From Bigelowiella natans CCMP2755 (taxonomy: Eukaryota; Protista; Cercozoa): 64,000 nucleotides of DNA. Location: NCBI GenBank assembly GCA_000320545.1, contig ADNK01000422.1, positions 8,378-72,377 on the forward strand, read 5' to 3'. The notes beneath the pieces are model-generated. The model searched no databases. It was not told the DNA's origin and saw only the letters and a list, made by a program, of their open reading frames with translations. A program made the translations under genes and the position numbers. Shown here piece by piece: positions 9,900 to 22,515 of the stretch (position 1 is the stretch's first letter; each line of letters starts with the position of its first letter).

Positions 9900-9935
<36 letters not shown>
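9626..9935. repeat. Compound microsatellite cluster (GA, TA, TG)
   Basis: GA-rich tract, then (TA)n(TG)n, then (GA)n. Similar simple repeats fill the introns of the NHL, LAP, PIF1 and CD36 genes. Confidence 0.9.
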
Positions 9936-10208
9936 GTTGTGTAGAGTGCCATTTTGTAATAACAGTGCACAAAGTTTTGATATTCAGTACGTTTTTTAAT
10001 CAAAGAACGTCGCTTCAATCAATGATTCTATGACTACTCAGAAGCGTTTCCGTTTTCACTCCTTTTATTCGTCCCAAACAAGTCCACTTTGTTCACAGAT
10101 ACAAAGATACAAATTTCTTTCATCCATTGGTAGCCTTTTGTTGAAATTTGACACTATGTTATTTTTCTGTAAGAGACTTCGTCGACGTATACACGAAGGA
10201 ATGTACAA

Positions 10209-10609
10209 TTAATCTTCGTCAGCATCTGCTGCAGATGAAGGGTGAGGGAAAGAATCCATAGCCTTCATCAGGCCAGCCTCAGCAGCTAGGCGGTTAAGAG
10301 CATCGTCTCCTCTACCCTTAAATCTGATGTATCCACAAAGAGCAAATGTTGTGTATTCGCTGGTGTAGACTCCGGTTCCAGGATCAACATGACCAACGTT
10401 AATCTGCACTGCGGCATGATCCTTGGATGCAATCAGTCGGCCAGTTGCAGAGCTGAAGTACGAAATTACATGAGAAGGGATATTTATGGATAGAATGGGT
10501 GGCGCATTTTTAGCTTCAATTACCATTTTCTTGGATGGTAGAGTTCAGCAATTCCACTGGAAGGGGAGTTGTCCTGTTGAGGCTCAGCCTTGACGTCCAT
10601 TCCGTCCAT
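10209..10609 (-). CDS. RPS21: 40S ribosomal protein S21 (eS21), 2 exons: 10609-10524 and 10452-10209
   Basis: Spliced product MDGMDVK...ELYHPRKC/SATGRLIASKDHAAVQINVGHVD...TFALCGYIRFKGRGDDALNRLA, with a 71-bp GT-AG intron. Confidence 0.95.
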
Positions 10610-11053
10610 TGTTTCAGAATTGTGAGGGGTTGTGTTGCAAACGTGTCACTCACAACAAGCGCAAAAAGAGATAAGTTCAGATTAATATAGTAAGATTTAT
10701 CCTACGTTTATGTAATAAGACTCACTATACAAAAACAACGAAATCTTAAGGCAAACACCGCATAAAATTTCTCCGAGCTCCGGGGATTGGGTAAAATACC
10801 GGCATAGGAATCCTCGAGATGATCTCTGGTATTTTGGTGGTCAAATATTGATTAAGGTAATCTGTTATTAACCTGCGACATCAAATATTTAACACATATC
10901 TGAGTTTTTAGAATTCTCCGACTCCTTAGAATTCACCGAGTGCCGTCGCATGATTCCCCCCCCCGTTGTCTCTAGATTTAGCTTGTGTGCACCTGCCTTT
11001 TCTTCTCATTGATACTCTATTAGAAACTTATAATACAATCATTACGTATCAGG

Positions 11054-12244
11054 ATGTCTCACCGTAAGTTTGAAGCTCCTCGTCACGGGTCCCTTGGGTT
11101 CCTTCCCAAGAAGCGCTGCCGCCGTCACCGTGGTCGCGTTCGCTCTTTCCCAAAGGATACCACCGATAAGAAATGCCATCTTACCGCTTTCATGGCATAC
11201 AAAGCTGGTATGACCCACATTCTTCGTGAGGTTGACAGGGCTGGATCGATGCTCAACAAGCAGGAGACTGTAGAACCTGTTACCATCCTCGAGGCACCTC
11301 CTATGGTAGCTGTAGGAATTGTTGGTTACATTGAAACCCCACGTGGTCTTCGTGCCCTTACCACTGTATGGGCTAAGTTTCTTGCTGATTCTGTTAAGCG
11401 TCGTTTCTACAAGAACTGGTACCGTAGCAAGAAAAAGGCCTTCTCCTCCCATGCGAGCAAGGATGACGATGATGCTGACACGCAGAAAGAGCTGGAGAGA
11501 ATGAAGAAATACTGCCAAGTGATCCGCGTTCTCGCCCACACCCAGATCGAAAAATGCAAGCTTCGTCAGAAGAAGGCTCACCTCATGGAGATTCAAATCA
11601 ACGGTGGTGCTAATGCAGGCGAGAAGATCGATTTCGCTAAGGAGCTCCTTGAGAAGCAACTTCCCGTCGACAGCGTCTTCGCTCAGGATGAGATGATTGA
11701 CGTCATTGCAGTCACAAAGGGTAAGGGATACGAGGGTGTTGTAACTCGATGGGGTGTTACCCGTCTTCCTCGTAAGACCCATCGTGGTCTCCGCAAAGTT
11801 GCTTGTATCGGTGCTTGGCACCCTGCTCGAATTCAGTACTCGGTTGCCCGTGCTGGTCAGAACGGATACCATCACCGTACCGAGATGAACAAGAAAATTT
11901 ACAGAATTGGAAAGGCTGCTCGCCCTATGGGAGATGGAAAGCAAGGAGGAGCCAAGCCCAAGATTCATCCTAACGCTACCACCGAGGCAGATCTTACCTC
12001 TAAGGCCATTACGCCTATGGGAGGATTTCCTCATTATGGTGAAGTCAACGAAGATTATGTCATGCTTAAGGGCGGTGTTCCAGGTCCTAAGAAGCGTGTC
12101 ATCACCCTCCGCAAAACCTGTGTGCCACAAACTTCACGTGCGGCTACCGAAAAAATTACTCTCAAGTTCATCGATACCTCTTCCAAGTTTGGACATGGCC
12201 GCTTCCAGACTTCAAAGGAAAAGAGAAAGTTCTATGGAGAATAA
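11054..12244 (+). CDS. RPL3: 60S ribosomal protein L3 (uL3), intronless
   Basis: [68 protein letters not shown]. Confidence 0.99.
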   Translation: MSHRKFEAPRHGSLGFLPKKRCRRHRGRVRSFPKDTTDKKCHLTAFMAYKAGMTHILREVDRAGSMLNKQETVEPVTILEAPPMVAVGIVGYIETPRGLRALTTVWAKFLADSVKRRFYKNWYRSKKKAFSSHASKDDDDADTQKELERMKKYCQVIRVLAHTQIEKCKLRQKKAHLMEIQINGGANAGEKIDFAKELLEKQLPVDSVFAQDEMIDVIAVTKGKGYEGVVTRWGVTRLPRKTHRGLRKVACIGAWHPARIQYSVARAGQNGYHHRTEMNKKIYRIGKAARPMGDGKQGGAKPKIHPNATTEADLTSKAITPMGGFPHYGEVNEDYVMLKGGVPGPKKRVITLRKTCVPQTSRAATEKITLKFIDTSSKFGHGRFQTSKEKRKFYGE

Positions 12245-12812
12245 AGTACTACATAGAATCTCAATTTCTCTCTCTTTGATATTCGATATTGTATTTGCTT
12301 CATTGCAAGCGAAGAATTACTATGGATTGGGTCATGAAATTGCAGTGAGTATGTAGAATGCAAGTATGGAAGAGAAACGTTGAACTTATACTTATTATAT
12401 ATCTTCAACCAAAACTTCTCGATGTACAAATTTAAATTAATGTGGTATAAGTACTGCATGTTGAGGTCCGCCTGCGCGCCATGCACATCCCTACAAAATT
12501 GCATAGTACGCGCGATTTTATTAAATTTTCATTACGTACAGAGAACGCTGGCTGGTGCTCCTCGCTCCGGCTAGCCAGTCGCAAGTGTCATGCTGCGATG
12601 CGACGCAAACAAATTGATGTGATGGTCACACATTCACAGATTAAGTGCATTAGGATAACCTCATTATTGCTCATATTATTACTACACACATGAGATTTCG
12701 CAATCACTTCTACTGCACATGCATCATGTCATTGTCATTACATTCACGTTCGCGAAGTTGTGCAATGTAGCGGCTATGCAGCGTAAGCTGATGTTGAAAT
12801 ATTGTGAATGTG

Positions 12813-13240
12813 TGGGGCGCCCTAGAGCTCAAGGGGGGCGGGTTTGCGGACACAGCAATCGCAGGCGCCCTGCTAGCCTGCGGCCCTGCCTAGCGCCGCC
12901 GGCCGAAACTGACTTGCGGAAATGGCTTCTCTTGGCGCGTTGCGCTATTTCCGCATTTCACCATGCCAAAACAGAGCATTTTTCTGAAATTCAGTGAAAT
13001 CTGCAATGGAAACTTGCAAACTTCACTGCAACCACCCGCAAATTTCTCGCGCTCCGCGCGAAAAAAACACTCTTTTGGCCGTAAAACCCTCATTTTCGCC
13101 CCCCTTGAGCTCCATCTGCAATGGAAACTTGCAAACTTCACTGCAACCACCCGAAAAATTTTCGCGCGGAGCGCGAAAAAACACCCCCCTTTGGCCGCAA
13201 AACCCTCACTTCCGCCCCCCTTGATCTCTAGATCACCCTG
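12813..13240. mobile_element. Degenerate non-autonomous TIR element (MITE, possibly hAT-like)
   Basis: Imperfect 29-bp terminal inverted repeats: TGGGGCGCCCTAGAGCTCAAGGGGGGCGG versus the reverse complement of the right end, CAGGGTGATCTAGAGATCAAGGGGGGCGG. Internal ~115-bp duplication (ATCTGCAATGGAAACTTGCAAACTTCACTGCAACCACCC at 12999 and 13114). TSD not clearly preserved. Confidence 0.6.
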
Positions 13241-14201
13241 TGGCTACGCAGTCTGCAGTGCAGAGTGCAGAGTGCTGCTAGGAGTGGTCAATGCCGTGCA
13301 CAGCAGCCGTATACATGAATATTGGCTACGCTGTTTTGTGATGCGATGCATGCACATGCAATCGTGTGGAAGACACAATGGACGTGGATCGAAGCAGCAA
13401 ACAGAGCGCGCATGCAACATATGTGAGCACTGTGTCGTACGTACATCGTAGTAGCCGCATTGCAGCATTGCACAGCTCAAGCCTTGATGTGACAGACTCC
13501 ATGGCTGGCTAGCTGGTAATGACATTGATGACAAACAATGATGAAGATTTCGAGATCAGCTAGGTAGTCCCTCATCACTAGCTAGCTGGTTCATTGCACC
13601 CGTGTCACATATTCTAGCATTGCTGACATCTAGACATGTGTAACCCTCCGCCGCCTAAACGTAACACCACGAAGGTACTAGCGAGACTGTTCTGTTCATG
13701 TTGACGACCATGTAAGCAGTGGCGCTGCTGGATGTGCAGCAGCAGGGTTGTGCCGCACGGCATCGGCACACATGAGCCATCTAAGTCATGCATGTGTATG
13801 TAGTGTTATATCCGTTTCATACGCACAGCGATGCGATGGGTCAAGAGAAAGGCTCTCTGTACGCACATCAATGCTTATATGAATTAAGACTTCTACTACA
13901 ACATGTAGTAAGACGTTTTTTAATGTACAACGAAATGTTGGGGATAGCATTAATCTAGAGACAATGATTTATTTGCTAAGAATAATAATGATGATCCAAA
14001 GATGGGGTCAACCAATCCGCTGCGTTTGAGGCTTGTAACTACTTATGGTTATCGGTGAAAGTCCGAATATTTTGTTAATCAATTAATACCAATGTTATTT
14101 AATCTATTCAGAGACATATCTTCTGAGAAATAATAATATATTTTGCATAAATTAAAACGTTAATCTATATCGTTCAGCAGCAGTGGCTACCGAGTGTGTT
14201 A

Positions 14202-16114
14202 TTAATCATGAGGTTCTGTGGGATTCTTATAATCTCCATGTAAAATAGTATCTGGCAATCCGCCACATACTTGCAAATACTTATACATTGAAGGGCTATG
14301 TGGTGGAATATAGCCTTTTCTTCCATAGCTCAAGAAGAATATTGTAGACGACGTGCAAGACTTCTCCTCAAGAATATTAACTTTGGCTTGCGAAGCAATG
14401 TCTATATCTAGTAAGAACATGTCAACTTCCTCCTTGAGCCTTGAAGCTCTTGAGTGAGAAATGCTTTTTGCATTAAGATTATTGAGTAGACAGATTTCCA
14501 TTACATCCTTGCAACCGGCCTGAGAGGGTGACGGAGGTGGCGGAGGGAAAATGAATAATGAGGATTGCATATATTCTCAAAGGAAGGGCGGTGATTCAAA
14601 TTAGTGTTAGTTTAATCATTACAGTCACTGGCTTCATTTTTCTCCGAGAGGGTATTTCTGAAGATGAAAGCCACGTGTATTGGGGAGCAAGTTTTCTAGC
14701 GTACAGGATTTCGAGAGGATCTTCGCATGCCAGATATACGTGGGTCACGTTGAACTCTGTGAATTTCTCTAATCGCGTGATCTGCTCAGGTAGAGTAGTG
14801 CATTTTCGACCAATACGATGGGCTCCAGTACAATTAAAACCAATGACATCTCCTCTCCGAAGATGGATACTTGCCAGCACAGAGTTTTCACCTTCTCGTA
14901 GCACAATGACAGCACAAGCAACAAAAAGTTGGACATACCAAAAATATCAAATTGATGATGTCTTATTTAAAATTTTATCAGCAACACTGGATTAAATAGA
15001 GTACCTAGGGGCCAGCCAGGAATATTTGCTTTTCTCCTCTCGACTGCTCTTTTTGTGCGAGCGTTCAATTGAAAGCTATACCACGTTGATTGTGATATCA
15101 AATACGCTGCGCTTAGCTTCCCTGGTATTGTATTCGCCCAGAATCCCATTCTATTCTCTAGTGTGGTGAGCAACGGAAGAATACTTTCGCCTCCTTCACG
15201 TCCTTCACAAATCCAATTGTAAAAGAAATAACAAACAAGAGTATAATCAATTATCAAATCAAAAGAGTAAGGCTGTTTGATGTACGGCTGGATTAATTTT
15301 TGGTTTTATATATTACGATGTGGAGCTGGGCGAGAGTCCAACATTTGGAAGTAGCATCCCCATGATTTGGAGATGTCATCACTGTGTTTCTCTGTATCTT
15401 CTAGTTGGCAGCCCTTGACGCGACTCCAAGTCCACGGATTATTCTCGTGCTTTAGGGTATATCTATGCCTATTTACCTATTAGCGTGTTCGTGAAAGTTG
15501 AGGGTAAGTCGAAGGGAAAACGATAAGAAAATGTAAAATGTCGTACCCCCGACACCAGAATTCCCCTATGAGGAAGCAATGTTCCAATTGTCAACCCCAT
15601 CGCTGCAAGGTTCTTTCCGATCGGAAAATGCATTAGATGCATAGTTTGATCTTGTTCGTAGTAGTTGTAGGAGAGTTTTGCAGACTGACCAGCCTCGATT
15701 AACAAGGATGGGTCACTAATATAAACTCCTTTATCGGGATATTTCACCGACGTTTGAATGTGCCATATGTCAAATTGGATCCCAAAAGGGTCGTTTTGAG
15801 AAATTCTGTTGATATATTCCGCGGGGGGAACGTAAGATTCAGACTCTATAATATTTGAAACTATCCAATCTTGAAGATTAGAATTTTGCATCAGTAGCTT
15901 GATTTCAGGATCCCTAGTCGTCACCTCAGGGAACTGAGTTAATTATTCAGACTCGAGTTATTCGCATTCAATAAAGCAGAATTAATTGATGGGAGACCGA
16001 ATTCATTTCTTCAAGAATGACATTGTGCGTATGCTGCAGAGCATCCGAAGTTTGATGAAGGAGTAGGAGGAGGACAGCACAACGTTCGATCCTCCTCATT
16101 GCCATTAAGGTCAT
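14202..16114 (-). CDS. Alpha-1,6-fucosyltransferase-like glycosyltransferase (GT23/FUT8-NodZ superfamily), multi-exon
   Basis: Exons encode a hydrophobic N-terminus (RCAVLLLLLH), W...GC...WGCYF, SIHLRRGD, VYLACEDP and FLLDIDIASQA, matching the three alpha-2/alpha-6/O-FucT motifs. Start approximate. Confidence 0.7.
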
Positions 16115-16348
16115 GATGAAGATGGGACAGCTGATCAGGGGGGCAAGATAGCTTGTGATTTTTCCAGTAAATTACATGTCGTTTCACCAAAACGATGGGG
16201 ATTTCATAGGATTTCATTCGTATTTAAGCTTTATTTTGTGTTGGTAATACCAGAAATGTGGGCGTTTCTCGATTATTTGTCGCCAGTAGATCTAATAGCT
16301 TTTTTTTATGGGGAAATTACCAAATAAATCCATGGAAATCATGATCTT

Positions 16349-16393
<45 letters not shown>

Positions 16394-16551
16394 CAGACAA
16401 TCTCCAAGTCGTCTCCTGGAAATGGTGCCGCAGTGAACGATAATCAGTGCTCCAAGAATTGTATTTCTTTCTGTAGTTGTTCCCCTCCTCCTCCTCCTCC
16501 TCCTCCTCCTCCTCCTATACTTGAGAGTAGTACCTGGTCCTACTACGTAAG

Positions 16552-18359
16552 GAAGATTGGGCACCATTCTTCGTATTCACAGTGCATCGTTCCTGGTGCT
16601 AGCGGCTCTGGTTACAGGATGGAGGAGGAGGGAGCAGGGTGCCACCGCTAAACGACCGCGCACCAAGAAAAACGCCAATGCTGAGGAGAACATGTTGGCT
16701 CATATACTGCCAATGCAGAATGGAATGAGAGGTATCGTCTGTCCTTATCAACATTATTATCATTCTTATTATCATTATTATTACTATTATGCAATCAATC
16801 CATCTAAAGTTTGGTTATTGCATGGCTGATTGGCTCATCGACTGGTGGTGTCGTGTCGTGCATGAATGATATGATATGAATAATCAGCCTCTTCTGCATC
16901 CTTGCTCGTGAAGCATCTACGCGGAGGTATGGGGTTGGAGGAGATTAGAGGCAGGCCGGAAGAGTTCTTCCGTCCTGACGAGACTGAAGATGATGCAAGA
17001 AACCATCTCGAGAAACTTGAGTATGAGGAGTATAAGAAGGAACTCGAGCACGAGGGCGTGCCAGGTGCGGTGTATGATAAAGCCTCTGTTTACGATTTAA
17101 GTGATGAGCAGTACGAAGATGCGGGTTGGGAGGAGTACTACGATCAAATGGGCAAGATCTGGTGCGAGGCCATGCAACGACCGATAGAGATTCGGCATAC
17201 CTTCAATCCGCATTCCGACTTTTTGGAGGTGCGTGATTATTAATGTGTCAGTTGATGTTCAGGAGGCGATAATCATGCCGATGAAAGAAAAAATAAGAAG
17301 ACGATACAAACACACACTGGCAGTCAAGAAGGGATGTTATCAGTCTAGATTCTTGTATTTCGTTCTGTTTATCGATATCCGCCAACAAAAGAGAGAGGGA
17401 CATTCCCATCTATTTCACATTCTTCTTCTATTTAATTATTCATCTACAATTTCCAATTTGCTGCTTCCTAGCGTTATTTTCTCATCAATTACTACTTCAT
17501 ATTCACCTAGGTCGGGGGGGACCGTGTTTCCCTCCTTCAAGTCGCCTTTTACCTAGATGTCGGTTACGAGCATGCAGTCTCCAACACAACGCTTGCACGC
17601 CACACGCGTATCTATGGGATGAAACAGATCCATAAGAAGGCACAGAAGGAGCTCGATCGTAGGATACGCGAGTTCAATCGCGGTAAGTTCGGGTTTGATG
17701 ATCCAGGTTCCTCCTCCTCATCCAATCGTAAAAGGAGAAATACAAGACTCAATTGGACTTTAGACCTTCTCCCGCTCAGAAGGGGAGAACTTATCACCCT
17801 GGCTACGACACCCCAAGGAGGGGGGCCTTTAGAAGCAGCAGCATCGACAGCAGCGCCACTAGTTTCAATGCCCGTTGCAGGGATAGAATCGAGAAACTTC
17901 AACAACATTGAGCAGCAGAACACCGATGATTTCAGACAGAAAACACAAAATAGCAATCGTAAAGGAGAAGATCCAAGCTCACTACTTCGTGCAGCTGTAG
18001 CGCGTACGATTCGAAGGAACGAGGAGGAGGAGGAGGAGGAGAATCATAAGGAAGCAGAATCAACGACCGCTACTAATAACCCTGAGGAGCAATCAAGGGT
18101 TGAAAGAGCGCAGCAGGATATTACACAAGGCGATACTATTGAGAAACTCCGACGTGATATGAGAGAGTCACCTACACTACCAAGCAAGCTGCTTACAACG
18201 CTACCTTTGCTAGCCAATCAAGACACACAAATCGGATCTCTTGGGGGTTGTAATAATACACGTAACTACACAAACATGCACTACTACGTGCTTCGTATTA
18301 GACAGACGGCACACCTATACGAGCAATGTCGTAGTTTGGAGGCTGTATTGATATCTGTG

Positions 18360-18401
<42 letters not shown>

Positions 18402-19294
18402 ACGTGCGTTTGTTTTACAACCAATCATATATTAGGAATTGCAGTGGATGGCGACGGCGTAATATACATCTCAGATACAGAAACTCACCAAATCAAGAAA
18501 ATAATCAATGATAACGGTCAACTATACGATACACAACACAAGTGTTATTCTGCAGAGAAAGAGGAGTCGATTTCACTTTCACCTACACGATAGCAGCATT
18601 TCATCACCACCATCCCATACATGCATCATTGCTATGATTCTTGTCGCCATCACGCACTACACTACAATCAGGAAGGGGGGTGATAATGTGCACGGGAGGC
18701 GGAAGGGCAGCCTTTGCAGATGGTGATAGTTAGATCACTTGAAAGCATTTCCTTTCGTCTTAGATTCATGTGGTAGGACTAATCCTTCAATCTAAAAGGA
18801 AAAGTGGTAGAAGTTATTATTTGCGAGATAAAAGCGTTGAATATCGTCGTTAATATGAGAATGCTGCCTGTCATCCAACATATCACTCTTCTTCTTCTTC
18901 TTCTTCTTCTTCTTCTTCTTTTCCCTTGGAACAGCAGATAAACAACATATATCATTTATGCATCAGGCCCGCCTTCGCTTGCTCTCTTCTTCCACCCAAC
19001 GTCTCTAGCGATTCATCCTGATGGTGATAGAGAATAGATCGTCGTAGAATGCTCTCCCTCCTCTTCTTCTTCATCTTGATTTATTCCGTACTCATCATTC
19101 GTGTTCAGTTATGCTACTATCATATCATTGATTAACGGGTGAATGGGTGCATATCGATGTGTTTTTTGTGTTCCTTTTTGTAAGGATGTATTATAGTCGC
19201 AGATAGCCGAAACCAGCGTATTCGGAGGGTTCATAAGGACGGATCGGTAGTAGAAGCTCTCGTGGCATCATAGACGATGAGAGTATTTGTTGTG

Positions 19295-19361
<67 letters not shown>

Positions 19362-19805
19362 TGACAAGTATCATGTCTCCCTCCTTGCGTATCGTCATCA
19401 GGTTACGACGATTGCTGGGAGGTCTTTGCCAGGTGATGAGGACGGATTGGGAACACGAGCATCTTTTCGGTAGTGTTTTTGTATGATTGTATGTGCGTAT
19501 GATGCCACGATTTTGTCTATGTGACTATAGCTGCTGCATGACGCATAACTGATGCTTTCGTACTGTCACAATACACATTCACACACACACACACACACAC
19601 ACACGCACGCACGCACTTACAAATACACAAAATCGTATTGATATTTACCTTGTAGGCCTCGTTCTTAAAAATGAAGTTGTTTGTTGTGGTTGGTGGTGTG
19701 GGTTGTAGATATCCTTCCGGTGTTGCGTGTGACATGTACGGAAACATCTTCGTTGTAGACTCAAGAAATTGCAAGGTAGTGCAATGATACTCCTAGTAAT
19801 CATAG

Positions 19806-19837
<32 letters not shown>

Positions 19838-20112
19838 GCCAACGAAGAAGTGTTTTAAACTATAATCCCTACACAGCACTATCGTAATGTATGCTTGTTA
19901 CAATGGTATGGCATGATGTGAAAAGACGATGATGCTGTGTGTGGGCGACCTTCTCCTTCTCATCCCTTTTTTGATAGATTCGCAAAATCGTGCCTTCCGG
20001 CGAGGTAACGACCCACGCAGGAACCGGTGAATTTGGTGAAAAGGATGGTAATACTGTTTAGAAATCTTGCTCAGCTTCTTCTTGCCACATCAACATCCAC
20101 AAATATATGTAA

Positions 20113-20154
<42 letters not shown>

Positions 20155-22341
20155 CTTCTCTTTGCAGCTGCTGATGCTGTTTGTTGTGTATAATTCTAGG
20201 CTACCGATTATCCGCGGAACTTAAGTCTCCTGAATCAATCGCAGTGTCACAAGATGCATCTTCCATCTATTTCTCCCAACCCGTATTAAGGCACAACATC
20301 CGTAGAATTGGGCATGATGGAAATGTGGAGGTGCTTGCAGGAAGTGGTGAGAAGGGCTATCGCGACGGACTACCGCAGTTTGCAGAGTTCAACGGGCCTA
20401 CTTCGATCGCGTTAGATCCGAAAGGAAATGTAAAACAAAGCAGCATAACAACACCACAATGCTTTACCATAACCGTCTGAAGAAGGCGTGATCTTTCATT
20501 GATCTTTGGTTGTGTGGATATCCACCTTTGTGTTTATGATTTAAAGGCTACTTAATAATGCCCTGAGAGAATCTGCTGGAAATTTTGAAACCTTTGCTGA
20601 ATGCGATATTAATTCCCCCTGCCTCCTCCTCCTCCTCCTCCTCCTCCTCTTTTGTATCTTTGTCGTTTATTTCTCATATTTACTCTTTTCAATGTTTTCT
20701 TCAGTTGATTGTCGCAGATAGTATGAACCACGCCATTCGTGCGATCACGCCTCAGGGATATGTATACACTTTGTGCGGCGGGAAAAATTCCAACAGTCGC
20801 AGAAGCAAGAGGTGGGAACTTAGATCAAGTAGGAGCAAAGGAAACGACGAAACCAGCCATTCCGAAGATGACCATGGAGGGCAGAAGATACCGCGACCTG
20901 GATATGTACGCTACTTATTTTAGTCAAATCAAAAATTAGAAGAATATCGAAGAGGAGATAGAGGAGAGCAAAAGAGTGAGAGAAAGGGGCGGGGGGGGGG
21001 GGGGGGGAGGGGGGTGTAAAGACGTTTATAGATCTGTATCATGAGCTGCTGCGGAATGCGCAAGTTCTCGATGCGCTGCAAATGTACATTGTGTTTCGTA
21101 ATGTGCGTGCGTGTGTGTGTGTATGTGCGCCTCGATGAGTAGCAGAATGGAACGTTGCGATTGTGTTGTTTCAAGTCGTCTGTTGTTCACGCTGTGGTAT
21201 TTTGACTACATACCGCACCCAGGCGGATGGAAGAGCTGAGAATGCTAAATTACGAGGACCATCGTATGACAAGATTGCCACTAAATTCGAAATAGTGCAA
21301 TAGTTCATCCACCCATTGCTTGTCTTTTATATATACACGTTAATTTTCGTTGCTCCCCACATGTTTACTCGCGTATGTGTATATGTGTTTATGTACTACT
21401 AGAGCGGTGACAACGGATATGTGGGGTAACATCTACATTGCGGATACATTCAACAAGGCTATTCGTGTTCTAAAACCCAACCTTACGCTCATGATGATGA
21501 CGTCGCCGAGCTACAATCAGGGTAATAGTAGCAGAAATCATGCACAATCAATCACACCTACTGACACCTACTGTTTAGCCTTCAACTCAAAGAAGCTCCC
21601 TATCTCTTTCTTGGACCCCATAACCTCCTCTCCCCCCTTTATCCCTCTTTCTCTCCTTATTCCTTCCCCCCCTCCTCCCCGCTCATACATAAGGTGCGGC
21701 AGTTGGCACGAACAGCAGCGAGATGTTAGCAGAAACAGGCTCAGATGGCCATATTCTTCATCATGATCTTACATCGGGCATGCACACCCCACCGGAGCTA
21801 CAATCGCCCTCTATATCCAGAAGTGCAACGCCAATACCCGAGGCCTTCATCAACTGGAATGAGCTAGATGACGCTCTTGACTCAGCAGACGAATGGCGTT
21901 CTTCTCGTGAGGGTTATTACGACGGTAAGTAGTAACAAGCGTGGTCATTATCGTCATCATTGTCTTTTCTCGCCACGTCGCCACTCCTATGCATCAGTAG
22001 TGATCAGCCATACCTCTTCATCACCATCATCATCATCATCATCATCATCATCAGCAGCAGCTTATTATCATCATGATTGTCATATATCACCATCATCCAT
22101 TTTCTGCCGTTCTTGTTGTTCTCCTTTGCATCATTAGGAACAAAAAGCCCGAGAATGTTCAAAGGCAATGCTTGGGATTGGAGCGGCTACGGCGAAATCC
22201 AACGAATCACACCCAGTCTGATGCTGTCTGGATGTGCCGCACTTGAGACCTGTGCTCGTGATGATATGGTTGCAATGGAGGTGACACACGTCCTGATGGT
22301 AGTCTCTGTGTGGGAGCTTGAAAAGGTGCTATTACTCGTAG

Positions 22342-22374
<33 letters not shown>

Positions 22375-22443
22375 ATATATATACATATGGCGATGATAGC
22401 TTTCTTTATCGTTTCTTGCTGATACGTACACAAAATACACACT

Positions 22444-22515
<72 letters not shown>

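Noticed and set aside
11042-12130. 362-aa antisense ORF over RPL3
   Set aside because: It mirrors the RPL3 codons in register, as expected from codon bias in a highly expressed gene, and has no recognisable motifs.
12999-13230. Repeat-spacer-repeat pattern as a CRISPR array
   Set aside because: There are only two units, the intervening sequences are themselves homologous, the context is eukaryotic and there are no cas genes.
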